From Methanothermobacter marburgensis str. Marburg (GTDB lineage: Archaea; Methanobacteriota; Methanobacteria; Methanobacteriales; Methanothermobacteraceae): DNA of 32,000 nt. Both the position numbers and the translations under genes were made by a program. Under the pieces are notes generated by a model. That model saw only the letters and a list, made by a program, of their open reading frames with translations. It ran no database searches and had not been told where the DNA came from. This document shows positions 17,575 through 25,809 of the stretch, one piece after another (the stretch's first letter is position 1; each line of letters opens with the position of its first letter). The DNA is taken from NCBI RefSeq assembly GCF_000145295.1, contig NC_014408.1, positions 1,170,001 through 1,202,000 of the forward strand. Reading direction: 5' to 3'.

Positions 17575-19080
17575 ATGTATGTCGACATGAACCGTGAGTA
17601 CCTGAAGGATATAAACACAACAGAAGACGTTAAGATACCTGAAGATCCCCTTGAGAGGGTCATAGGGCATGAGGACGTCATGCCCATGATAAAGATAGCT
17701 GCAAAGCAGAGGCGGCACCTGCTTCTCGTGGGACCGCCAGGTATAGGAAAGTCCCTGCTTGCACAGGCAATATCATTTCACCTCCCTGAACCATCAGAGG
17801 AGATAACAGTTGTTCACAACCCTGAAAGGCCTGAAAGGCCATTCGTTGAGGTTAAAAGCCGTAAGGAAATAGAGGATGAAATCCTTGAGATTGAAAGGGC
17901 TGAGGGTGAACTCATAGACCCCCATAGTGTCCCCGAGGCTGTTGCGGAACGCCTGGGATTCAAGTGCATACACTGCGGCGAGTACAGCAGCGCCTACAAC
18001 AGCATCTGCCCAAAATGTGGCGGTGATAAGTTCTCCCACATTAAGGCGAGGCGGAAGCACATCGGGGACCTCCTCGGTATGTTCGAGATGAGTTCAGGGA
18101 GCCTCAGCGTGCCCCAGAAGAGGGTCACAACCACCAGGATCATGGATGGTGTTGAGGAGGTTGTGATCTACGAGAGGGTTGGCGGAGACAGCATCAAGGT
18201 CCTTGATCAGAGGGCCCTTGAAAAGAGGAGGCAGATGGTTGAAGAGAAACCCAGGAACGTCATAGTCCCCCTTGAGAGGAAAACCTTCATTCAGGCCACA
18301 GGGGCAAGTGAAACCGAACTTCTGGGTGATGTACGCCACGATCCCTACGGGGGACATCCTGACCTGGGTTCCCAGCCCTATGAACGTGTGGTCCCCGGGG
18401 CAATCCACGAGGCCCATGAGGGCGTGCTCTTCATAGACGAGATAGTCCACATAGCAGGCCTTCAGAGGTTCATATTCACTGCCATGCAGGATAAGACATT
18501 CCCAATAGTCGGTAGAAACCCCCAGAGCGCCGGGAGTTCAGTTAAGGTCGATGAGGTCCCCTGTGACTTCATATTCGTGGGTGCCTGTAACATCGCTGAT
18601 CTCCAGTACATACTCCCCCCTCTTCGCTCAAGGGTTCAGGGGGAGGGCTATGAGCTTCTCCTAAATACCACCATGCCTGATACCGATGAGAACAGGGCAA
18701 AAATCGCGCAGTTTGTTGCACAGGAGATAGAGCTTGATGGAAAGATACCCCATGCACGGGCTGCCGCCGTGGAACTCCTTATTGAGGAGGCAGGGAGAAG
18801 GGCCAGGGCCGTTGATGACATGGACGATGCCCTTACACTCCGCCTCAGGGACCTCGGTGGTGTTGTGAGGATGGCCGGGGACCTTGCGGTAATGGATGGC
18901 AGCGAATACATCGAGACCAAGCACATGGAGGTTGCAATAAGGAAGGCTGTTTCCATTGAGGACCAGATCCTCAGGAGGTACAAGAGTTATGAGAAGGCCC
19001 TTGAGAAGGACCTCTCAAGTTCACAGAGGATGTCACATCAAAGTTATAACAGTGAGAACATAGATCGAAGCTACATGTGA
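17575..19080 (+). CDS. LonB-like AAA+ ATPase lacking a protease domain, with a Zn-ribbon insert
   Basis: Walker A GPPGIGKS, Walker B GVLFIDEI, RSR and a LonB-like lid (MPDTDENRAKIAQFVAQE...LTLRLRDLGGVVRMAGDLA). CIHCG...CPKCGG lies between Walker A and Walker B. The ORF ends at 501 aa, with no Ser-Lys protease domain. Confidence 0.8.
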   Translation: MYVDMNREYLKDINTTEDVKIPEDPLERVIGHEDVMPMIKIAAKQRRHLLLVGPPGIGKSLLAQAISFHLPEPSEEITVVHNPERPERPFVEVKSRKEIEDEILEIERAEGELIDPHSVPEAVAERLGFKCIHCGEYSSAYNSICPKCGGDKFSHIKARRKHIGDLLGMFEMSSGSLSVPQKRVTTTRIMDGVEEVVIYERVGGDSIKVLDQRALEKRRQMVEEKPRNVIVPLERKTFIQATGASETELLGDVRHDPYGGHPDLGSQPYERVVPGAIHEAHEGVLFIDEIVHIAGLQRFIFTAMQDKTFPIVGRNPQSAGSSVKVDEVPCDFIFVGACNIADLQYILPPLRSRVQGEGYELLLNTTMPDTDENRAKIAQFVAQEIELDGKIPHARAAAVELLIEEAGRRARAVDDMDDALTLRLRDLGGVVRMAGDLAVMDGSEYIETKHMEVAIRKAVSIEDQILRRYKSYEKALEKDLSSSQRMSHQSYNSENIDRSYM

Positions 19081-19115
19081 TATGCCACTGATCCGCAAGA
19101 TTTAAGTGGGCATTT

Positions 19116-20051
19116 ATGGTAGATACCATGAACATGAAGAGAGAGTCAGAGGAAAAACAAGGTCTTCTTGAACGCTACAATTTCCCGGAACTCATTGAGG
19201 ACTACCTTGTGGAACTTGAAATCAGGAACTACTCCCCCAACACCATCAAAACCTACAGGTCAATTGTTAAAAATTTCTACGAATTTCTGATGGAGGAAGA
19301 TGACCTCTACGATGATAGAAGGGTTCTGAGGTCCTTCAAGAGGTACATACAGTACCTTAAGAGGGATAAGAATGTCACCCAGAACTATATTTATCTTGTT
19401 ACCGTTGTTATCAAGAAGTTCTTTGAGTTCAGTGAAATAGACTGCCTGCAGGAGGTCAAGGCTCCCAAAAGGACGAAGTCCCTACCCAAGTCCCTCAATG
19501 AGGATGAGGTTATGAGGCTCATCAATGCCGTTGAACTCTCAGATGATGGTTCACCCATTAAGAGGTTCATAAAGACCAGGGACAGACTGATACTCTCGCT
19601 CCTTTATTCTTCGGGTCTCAGGGTCTCTGAGCTTGTTTCACTCAAGGTCAATGATATTGACATGGGTGATAGGACAATAAGGATAAGGGGTAAGGGTGAT
19701 AAGGATCGTATAGTCCTGTTTGATGAAAGCACAAGGGACCTCCTTGTGGAGTACCTCAGTAGGAGGATCCATGAGAGTGAGTACCTCTTCCTCAACCGCT
19801 TCGGGGACCCCCTCACACCGAGGTACGTCCAGATGATGATAAAGAACTACGCCCGGAAGGCCGGTATAAACAAGAAGGTGACCCCACATATCCTCAGGCA
19901 TTCCTTTGCAACCCATCTCCTAAAGAATGGTGTGGACATAAGGGCCATACAGCAGCTTCTGGGCCATTCAAATCTTTCAACCACCCAGATCTACACCAGT
20001 GTGGATATGCAGACCCTTAAAAATGTTTATGATCGTGCAAAGCTCCTTTAG
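19116..20051 (+). CDS. xerA: Tyrosine recombinase XerA (chromosome dimer resolution type)
   Basis: N-terminal SAM-like core-binding domain ([11 protein letters not shown]). Catalytic motifs GLRVSEL and [37 protein letters not shown]. Confidence 0.9.
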   Translation: MVDTMNMKRESEEKQGLLERYNFPELIEDYLVELEIRNYSPNTIKTYRSIVKNFYEFLMEEDDLYDDRRVLRSFKRYIQYLKRDKNVTQNYIYLVTVVIKKFFEFSEIDCLQEVKAPKRTKSLPKSLNEDEVMRLINAVELSDDGSPIKRFIKTRDRLILSLLYSSGLRVSELVSLKVNDIDMGDRTIRIRGKGDKDRIVLFDESTRDLLVEYLSRRIHESEYLFLNRFGDPLTPRYVQMMIKNYARKAGINKKVTPHILRHSFATHLLKNGVDIRAIQQLLGHSNLSTTQIYTSVDMQTLKNVYDRAKLL

Positions 20052-20107
20052 CTTCAATCTTATTTTTCCAGCGGGTTATCTCAGTGAGTGGTGTCTGATA
20101 CCAAAAA

Positions 20108-20116
20108 TTATATAAA
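20108..20116 (+). promoter_or_regulatory. TATA-box-like element of the permease operon
   Basis: TTATATAAA is preceded by an A-run and lies about 55 nt upstream of the TTG start at 20170. Confidence 0.45.
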
Positions 20117-20126
20117 CTACAACAGC

Positions 20127-20142
20127 AATCTATCCATAGATT
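20127..20142. promoter_or_regulatory. 7-2-7 inverted repeat AATCTAT-CC-ATAGATT, a candidate repressor operator over the expected transcription start
   Basis: Both arms are perfect. It lies 11 nt downstream of the TATA-like box and 28 nt upstream of the start codon. Confidence 0.5.
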
Positions 20143-20169
20143 TGAATATATTGATCTGGAGGTTAAAGG

Positions 20170-21138
20170 TTGTTACAGGAATTTGCCGATTATGTAACCT
20201 ACAATCTCATTGGGCTTGAACCCGCGTCACACCTGGGAAGCGCTGTTAACTTCTTCATATACGACACCATAAAGATATTCATCCTCCTTGCAACACTCAT
20301 ATTCGTCATATCATTCATAAGGACATACATACCCCCCAACAGGGTCAGAGAGATCCTTGAAAAGAGGCACAAGTATACAGGGAACTTCATTGCAGCCCTT
20401 GTAGGTATAATAACACCATTCTGTTCATGTTCTGCGGTCCCACTATTCATAGGGTTCGTTGAGGCTGGCGTGCCCCTGGGAGCCACGTTCTCATTCCTCA
20501 TATCATCACCCATGATAAACGAAATAGCAATAGTGCTCCTACTGGGACTCTTCGGATGGCAGATAACCGCATTCTACATCATATCAGGGTACATAATAGC
20601 GGTAATTGGCGGTGTGCTCATAGGAAAACTCAAAATGGAAAGCCAGCTTGAGGACTACGTCTATGAGACACTTGAGAAGATGAAGGCGCTGGGCACAGCC
20701 GATGTTGAGCTCCCTAAACCAACCCTCAGGGAAAGGTACATCATAGCAAAAAACGAAATGAAGGATATACTCCGCAGGGTCTCACCCTACATAATAGTCG
20801 CGATAGCCATAGGCGGATGGATACACGGCTATCTACCATCCGATTTCCTGCTGCAATATGCCGGTTCAGACAACATCCTAGCAGTTCCCATGGCTGTGCT
20901 CATAGGTGTCCCCCTCTATTCAAATGCAGCGGGTACCATACCCCTCATATCAGCACTCATAGAAAAGGGAATGGCCGCAGGAACCGCCCTGGCACTTATG
21001 ATGTCAATAACAGCCCTATCCCTCCCTGAAATGATAATCCTCAGGAAGGTTATGAAGCCCAGGCTCCTTGGGACATTCATAGCAATACTCGCAGTCTCCA
21101 TAACACTTACAGGTTACCTATTCAACCTGATAATATGA
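20170..21138 (+). CDS. UPF0718 / COG0701 permease (ArsP-like two-domain permease)
   Basis: Polytopic protein with the family's conserved FCSCSAVPLF motif. The start is TTG, 6 nt after GGAGGT. Confidence 0.85.
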   Translation: MLQEFADYVTYNLIGLEPASHLGSAVNFFIYDTIKIFILLATLIFVISFIRTYIPPNRVREILEKRHKYTGNFIAALVGIITPFCSCSAVPLFIGFVEAGVPLGATFSFLISSPMINEIAIVLLLGLFGWQITAFYIISGYIIAVIGGVLIGKLKMESQLEDYVYETLEKMKALGTADVELPKPTLRERYIIAKNEMKDILRRVSPYIIVAIAIGGWIHGYLPSDFLLQYAGSDNILAVPMAVLIGVPLYSNAAGTIPLISALIEKGMAAGTALALMMSITALSLPEMIILRKVMKPRLLGTFIAILAVSITLTGYLFNLII

Positions 21139-21151
21139 TTGAGGTGATAAG

Positions 21152-21382
21152 ATGAAGATACAGATATACGGTACAGGATGTGCAAACTGCCAGATGCTTG
21201 AGAAAAATGCAAGGGAAGCCGTTAAGGAACTGGGAATAGATGCAGAGTTCGAGAAGGTAAAGGACATGGATGAGATACTCGAAGCGGGACTCACAGCCCT
21301 CCCTGGACTTGCAGTTGACGGTGAACTCAAAATCATGGGAAGGGTAGCCTCAAAGGAGGAGATAATGAAGATCCTCTCCTGA
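21152..21382 (+). CDS. Small thioredoxin-fold protein (redox-active disulfide protein 2 type)
   Basis: 76 aa, MKIQIYGTGCANCQ with a CxxC active site. GAGGTGAT lies upstream. Members of this family commonly sit next to COG0701 permeases. Confidence 0.9.
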   Translation: MKIQIYGTGCANCQMLEKNAREAVKELGIDAEFEKVKDMDEILEAGLTALPGLAVDGELKIMGRVASKEEIMKILS

Positions 21383-21391
21383 TCCACTTTT

Positions 21392-21598
21392 ATGGTGAAT
21401 TCAATGGTCAAGGAAGAAAAGGGTTTTGAGGGTAAAATAAAGGCCATGATCTCCTCAAGGGCCTGCGCATGCCAGACAGGTATCCTTGAAAAGAAAAAAT
21501 CAGGCCTCAGGTATGTTAACTGCAGGGGATGCGGCAAACTATTCAAAACCGACAGGGACACAGATTACTGTATGGACTGTGAAAGAAAAATGAGATGA
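21392..21598 (+). CDS. Small Cys-rich protein with a putative zinc ribbon
   Basis: 68 aa with CAC...CRGCG...CMDC. Tightly packed between the thioredoxin-like gene and the ProC-like gene (9-nt and 8-nt gaps). Confidence 0.5.
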   Translation: MVNSMVKEEKGFEGKIKAMISSRACACQTGILEKKKSGLRYVNCRGCGKLFKTDRDTDYCMDCERKMR

Positions 21599-21606
21599 TG
21601 ATCTAA

Positions 21607-22362
21607 ATGAAAATATCATTCATTGGTGGGGGGCGGGTAGTAAGAATAATCCTTGGAGGCCTTCAGAGGGCCGGGAGGACTCCAGAGGACGTTATGGTCT
21701 GTGACACCGATGGGAGAACACTGAAGAGTCTGGAGGAAGACTTCAGTGTTAATACATCAACCGACTGCAGAGACGCTGAGGGGGACCTGATCTTCCTGGC
21801 GCTCCACCCACCTGCCATGAAGGAGGTCCTCACCAATATAAAGCCGCCCCAGGATTCCATGGTGGTATCCCTTGCACCAAGAATAAGCATGGGTTACATG
21901 CAGAAAGCCATGAACCACCTGAAGGTTGCGAGGGTTATACCCAATGCCCCATCAATCATCAACAGGGGATACAACCCATTCTGCATATCCAGTGAAGCAT
22001 CCCAATCAGATAAAGAAAATCTGAAATCAATTTTTGACGCTTTAGGAGACTTTCCAGAGGTTGATGAGGAAAAACTTGAGGCATACGCAATTATAACTGC
22101 AATGGGCCCCACCTATCTATGGTTCCAGCTGGATGAACTTGAAAGGTTGGCCGTGGAATTCGGGATGGACACCAAAGAGGCCAAGGCAGCAGTCTCATCA
22201 ATGACCCTCGGTGCGGTTGAAGCATTCTACAGCTACCCTCAAAGAGATATTCTCATGGACCTGATTCCCATAAAACCCCTCTCCAGTGAAGAGGCCGAAA
22301 TAAGATCCATTTACAGGGATAAACTCACGGCACTCTACCGGAACCTTAAGGAGAAACTTTAA
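21607..22362 (+). CDS. Pyrroline-5-carboxylate reductase-like NAD(P) oxidoreductase
   Basis: N-terminal MKISFIGGGRV Rossmann motif. The PNAPSIINRGY and TAMGPTYLWF segments parallel the ProC motifs (PNTP..., SGSGPAY.F). Confidence 0.75.
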   Translation: MKISFIGGGRVVRIILGGLQRAGRTPEDVMVCDTDGRTLKSLEEDFSVNTSTDCRDAEGDLIFLALHPPAMKEVLTNIKPPQDSMVVSLAPRISMGYMQKAMNHLKVARVIPNAPSIINRGYNPFCISSEASQSDKENLKSIFDALGDFPEVDEEKLEAYAIITAMGPTYLWFQLDELERLAVEFGMDTKEAKAAVSSMTLGAVEAFYSYPQRDILMDLIPIKPLSSEEAEIRSIYRDKLTALYRNLKEKL

Positions 22363-22395
22363 AGTATTTATGGATGAATTATCTGGAGGTAAAAG

Positions 22396-22845
22396 ATGTA
22401 TAAACGGATACTGCTTGCAACAGATGGATCTGAATGCTCAATGAAGGCTGCGAAATACGCCATTGAAACCGCCAGGCAGAACCAGGCAGAGCTCATAGCA
22501 CTCTCAGTTACTGAAACAAAGGCACTCCAGAATCTCCCGGTTGAGGAACTAACAAGGAAGGTTACAGAACTCTTCAGAAGGGAATCCGAGGAAGTCCTAG
22601 AGAGGGTTGAAGAACTGGCCAGTTCCATGGAAGGCTCAGTTAAGGTCAGAAAGATGATTCTTGAGGGACCATCTGCAGATACCATCCTCAGGGTCGCTGA
22701 TGAGGAAGGTGTTGATCTCATAGTCGTTGGTGCTTCAGGAAAGCACGCCCTTGAAAGGTTCATTCTGGGGAGTGTCTCAGAGAAGGTTGTAAGGCACTCA
22801 ACCGTCCCTGTACTGGTGGTCCACAGCAAAAAACAGAAATGCTAG
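22396..22845 (+). CDS. Universal stress protein (UspA family)
   Basis: YKRILLATDGSE and DLIVVGASGKHALERFILGSVSEKVVRHSTVPVLVV. Confidence 0.92.
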   Translation: MYKRILLATDGSECSMKAAKYAIETARQNQAELIALSVTETKALQNLPVEELTRKVTELFRRESEEVLERVEELASSMEGSVKVRKMILEGPSADTILRVADEEGVDLIVVGASGKHALERFILGSVSEKVVRHSTVPVLVVHSKKQKC

Positions 22846-22854
22846 GTAATCGTT

Positions 22855-23208
22855 ATGAGGACATGTTCAGCAGATAAGCCAAGCCCTGAACAGATTGAGA
22901 GACTTAAGGAAAGGCTTGAAAGGCTACCTGATGATGATAAAATAGAAAGGGATGCAAATGCCCTTAAGGCCCTCGCCGACCCCACGAGGCTCAAGATAAT
23001 CCATCTCCTATCTGAAGGGGAGCTCTGTGTCTGTGAAATCATGGCAGCCCTTGAAAAGCCCCAGCCAACGGTCTCACATCACCTCAACATACTCAAGAGG
23101 GCAGGTTTCCTTAAATCAGAGAAGATAGGGGTGTGGGTCCACTACATGCTATCAGATGACAGCCTCCCCTCAAAGGTCGAATACCTCCTGAATGACCTGG
23201 AATACTGA
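22855..23208 (+). CDS. ArsR/SmtB family winged-helix transcriptional regulator
   Basis: LKALADPTRLKIIHLLSEGELCVCEI....QPTVSHHLNILKRAGF, including the ELCVCE metal/metalloid-site-like motif. Confidence 0.92.
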   Translation: MRTCSADKPSPEQIERLKERLERLPDDDKIERDANALKALADPTRLKIIHLLSEGELCVCEIMAALEKPQPTVSHHLNILKRAGFLKSEKIGVWVHYMLSDDSLPSKVEYLLNDLEY

Positions 23209-23238
23209 AATGGTTCTGGGCATCAAAGATTTATTTTA

Positions 23239-24297
23239 TCATGACATTCTGTTACTGTAGACCTGTTCAGTGAATTCAAATGTAAACTTAACTCCCCTTT
23301 CAGGTTTTTCCACCCTTATATTTCCCCCAAGCTGCATGGAAAGGTTTTCAATCATCCTGAACCCAAAGGACCCCCCATCCGGGAATTTTATTCCATCAGG
23401 GAGTCCCCTTCCATCATCGGTGTATACCAGCAGGTATGAGCCATTCATTTTTTCAATGGAAATCGTTATCCTCCCCTCACCCTCAAATGCATGTTTCAGT
23501 GAATTTGATATCAGTTCCGATATTATGAGTGCCAGTGGGACCCCAGTGTCCATATTCAGGCGCACATCATCTGCCATTATATCCAGACAGACAGATGATG
23601 ATGCTCCATATGATTCTAGAAGCTGGGAGGAGATGCTTCTGAGGTAATCACCAAAATCAATAATGTGGCTGCCACCTGATGGGTACGCCCTATCATGTAT
23701 AACCGCAATTGACCTCAGCTGGTTAACGTAGTCCCTGAAGAAGTACTCCATGGCAGGATCCTCAGCATACCTTATCTGAAGTGAAAGGAGGCTTATGATA
23801 AGCTGAAGGTTATTTTTGACCCTGTGGTGAAGTTCTCTGAGAAGAGCTTCCTTCTCAGCTATTGACCTCTTAAGGTATTCATTCAGGGTTCTCTCACGGA
23901 TGAGCCTAAGTCTGTTCCTCTTTGCCTCATGCTTGTGGATTGCCATCTCAAGGTTCACCCTGAGGTCCCTCTCATGGAATGGCTTCAGCAGGTATGCGTA
24001 GGGCTCTGTTTCACCGGCCCTCTTGATGATATCGTTGCTGCTGTAGGCTGTGAGGTATATTATGGGTACGTCCATCTTCTCTGTTATGATCCTCGCAGCC
24101 TCTATCCCATCCATTTCACCGGCAAGCATGATGTCCATTATTATGGAGTCTGGCTGGAGGTCCTCAATTCCCTCAAGGAGGTCCTCAGCCGAATGAAATA
24201 TCGCAGGAACCTCATAGCCCGCACCCTCAAGTATAACCCTGATATCCTGGGCCACCAGCTCCTCGTCCTCCACAATGACAACCCTTCTCTTCATCAT
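23239..24297 (-). CDS. Hybrid response-regulator receiver + HisKA_2/HATPase_c histidine kinase
   Basis: REC domain (VVIVEDEE, IIMDIMLAGEMDG, KP), H-box HHRVKNNLQLIISLL, and N and G boxes (ELISNSLKHAF, DDGRGLP). ATG 24297 overlaps the upstream gene's TGA (TGATG). Confidence 0.9.
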   Translation of the reverse strand: MMKRRVVIVEDEELVAQDIRVILEGAGYEVPAIFHSAEDLLEGIEDLQPDSIIMDIMLAGEMDGIEAARIITEKMDVPIIYLTAYSSNDIIKRAGETEPYAYLLKPFHERDLRVNLEMAIHKHEAKRNRLRLIRERTLNEYLKRSIAEKEALLRELHHRVKNNLQLIISLLSLQIRYAEDPAMEYFFRDYVNQLRSIAVIHDRAYPSGGSHIIDFGDYLRSISSQLLESYGASSSVCLDIMADDVRLNMDTGVPLALIISELISNSLKHAFEGEGRITISIEKMNGSYLLVYTDDGRGLPDGIKFPDGGSFGFRMIENLSMQLGGNIRVEKPERGVKFTFEFTEQVYSNRMS

Positions 24298-25679
24298 CAA
24301 CCACCAAGATCAAATGTAATCCGGAATACTGCGCCATTCTGATTTTCTGCCGAAATTGAGCCCTTAATTCTGCTTAACATGAAATTAACCAGTCTGAGAC
24401 CGAAACCTGGAGGATCTGAAAGGTCAAGGTCCTCGGGTAAGCCAGAACCATCATCGGCAATCATAAGGACCCCTGAACCTTTGAATGATTCAAGTTCAAC
24501 TTTTATCTCCCCTGAATCCCCCGTACCGTGCTTTATGGCATTTGTTACAAGTTCGTTGACTATCAGACCAATGGAAACCGCTGTGTTGATCCCCACCTCA
24601 ATTTCAGCCAGGTTCACCCTGAACACCACATCCCTGCCGCGGCACATGCCCTTAAGTTCACCCAGGAGTTCCTCAATGTAGTCAGATAGGTTCACGGCCA
24701 TCCCGTTTCTGGAGCCATAGAACCTCTCATGTACGAGGGCTATTGAACGCACCCTGTTCTGGCACTCGGTGAATATCTCAAGGGATTTCTCATCATATAT
24801 GTACCTGGACTGGAGCCTCAGGAGGCTTATGATAAGCTGAAGGTTATTCTTGACCCTGTGGTGTATCTCAGACATCAAGAATTCCTTCTCCCTCAGGGAA
24901 GCCTCCAGGGATTCTCTGATATTCTTGTCCTCTGTTATATCCTGCTTTATTCCTATCATGGATGTGGGGTTCCCGCGGGAGTCATAGAGTACCTTTGCCC
25001 TGAAGAGTACATATGCCACTGATTCATCCCTCATCACCCTGTACTCCCCCTCAAATGGCTCCTTTTTTGTGATTGAATCAATGAATGACTCCCTGTCTTC
25101 CGGGTGGATCCTTGATACCATCTCATGAAGGGTGCCCCCAAAATCCTGTTTTCTGATTCCAAGTATCCTCAGGGCCTCATCGGAACATGAAAGTGTTTCT
25201 GAATCAAAATTCCACTGCCAGCTTCCGATCTTACCTATCCTCTGAGCCTCCTTTAGCTGCCAGTGACTTTCTGCGAGGGACCTTCTTGTCCTCTCAAGTT
25301 CCCTCTCCTTTTCAACCTCCCTGAGGGCTCTTCTTATTGCAACTGGAACCTTTGAGAAGTTGCTCTTAAGAACATAATCTGTGGCCCCACTCTTAAGTGC
25401 CTTCACAGCGAATTCCTCACCTATCTTTCCACTTACGAATATGAAAGGCACATCTGGACACAGCTTGCGTGCTATTGCCAGGGCAGAGAGGCCGTCAAAG
25501 GATGGTAGTGAATGGTCAGCCAGTATAACATCTGGATTGAATTCATGAAGTGCCCTTACAAAGTCCTCCTCACCTTCAACCGTTTCTGATATGAAGTCAA
25601 TTCCTGAGCGACTTATCTCCCTCTCCATCAGTTCGACGTCAAGGGGGACATCCTCAAGTATGAGAATCCTGCATGTCAT
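24297..25679 (-). CDS. Hybrid REC + PAS + HisKA_2/HATPase_c histidine kinase
   Basis: REC domain (ILILEDV, ILADHSLPSFDG), a PAS-like segment (GSWQWNFDSETL...IHPEDRE), H-box HHRVKNNLQLIISLL, and an ATPase domain (ELVTNAIKHG, DDGSGLP). Confidence 0.9.
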   Translation of the reverse strand: MTCRILILEDVPLDVELMEREISRSGIDFISETVEGEEDFVRALHEFNPDVILADHSLPSFDGLSALAIARKLCPDVPFIFVSGKIGEEFAVKALKSGATDYVLKSNFSKVPVAIRRALREVEKERELERTRRSLAESHWQLKEAQRIGKIGSWQWNFDSETLSCSDEALRILGIRKQDFGGTLHEMVSRIHPEDRESFIDSITKKEPFEGEYRVMRDESVAYVLFRAKVLYDSRGNPTSMIGIKQDITEDKNIRESLEASLREKEFLMSEIHHRVKNNLQLIISLLRLQSRYIYDEKSLEIFTECQNRVRSIALVHERFYGSRNGMAVNLSDYIEELLGELKGMCRGRDVVFRVNLAEIEVGINTAVSIGLIVNELVTNAIKHGTGDSGEIKVELESFKGSGVLMIADDGSGLPEDLDLSDPPGFGLRLVNFMLSRIKGSISAENQNGAVFRITFDLGG

Positions 25680-25721
25680 CCTATCCTCTTTTAGCTATGA
25701 TTCATAAATTAATGTTTTTAA

Positions 25722-25789
25722 CAAGTCTTATTTATCCGCCACAAGCATGATCTATAACACCTAAATCTGCTGGGCAAGTCTTATTTATC
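25722..25789 (+). promoter_or_regulatory. Two perfect 15-bp direct repeats CAAGTCTTATTTATC (25722-25736 and 25775-25789) in the divergent promoter region
   Basis: The match is exact and the spacing is 53 bp. Each contains a TATA-like TTATTTAT. The second lies about 25 nt upstream of ATG 25810, which implies a leaderless or near-leaderless mRNA. Confidence 0.5.
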
Positions 25790-25809
25790 TGTCTCCCTAT
25801 AATATACTT

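Noticed and set aside
19116-20051. The tyrosine recombinase as the integrase of an integrated mobile element
   Set aside because: Its domain layout and motifs match chromosomal XerA. I saw no flanking att-like repeats, no phage or plasmid genes and no compositional break around it.
20127-20142. The inverted repeat next to xerA as a dif site
   Set aside because: Xer dif sites have about 11-bp arms around a 6-8-bp central region. This repeat has 7-bp arms with a 2-bp spacer and sits on a promoter, which fits an operator better.
21118-21561. 147-aa minus-strand ORF across the thioredoxin-like gene and the Cys-rich gene
   Set aside because: It is antisense to a tightly packed plus-strand operon, and its sequence is low-complexity.
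22368-22829. 153-aa ORF antisense to the Usp gene
   Set aside because: The Usp frame has unambiguous family motifs, while the antisense product is S/T-rich and featureless.
24900-25260. The PAS domain of the 460-aa kinase as a LOV/flavin light sensor, given the neighbouring photolyase
   Set aside because: The LOV signature (GxNCRFLQ with the reactive Cys) is absent, so it is only a generic PAS fold.
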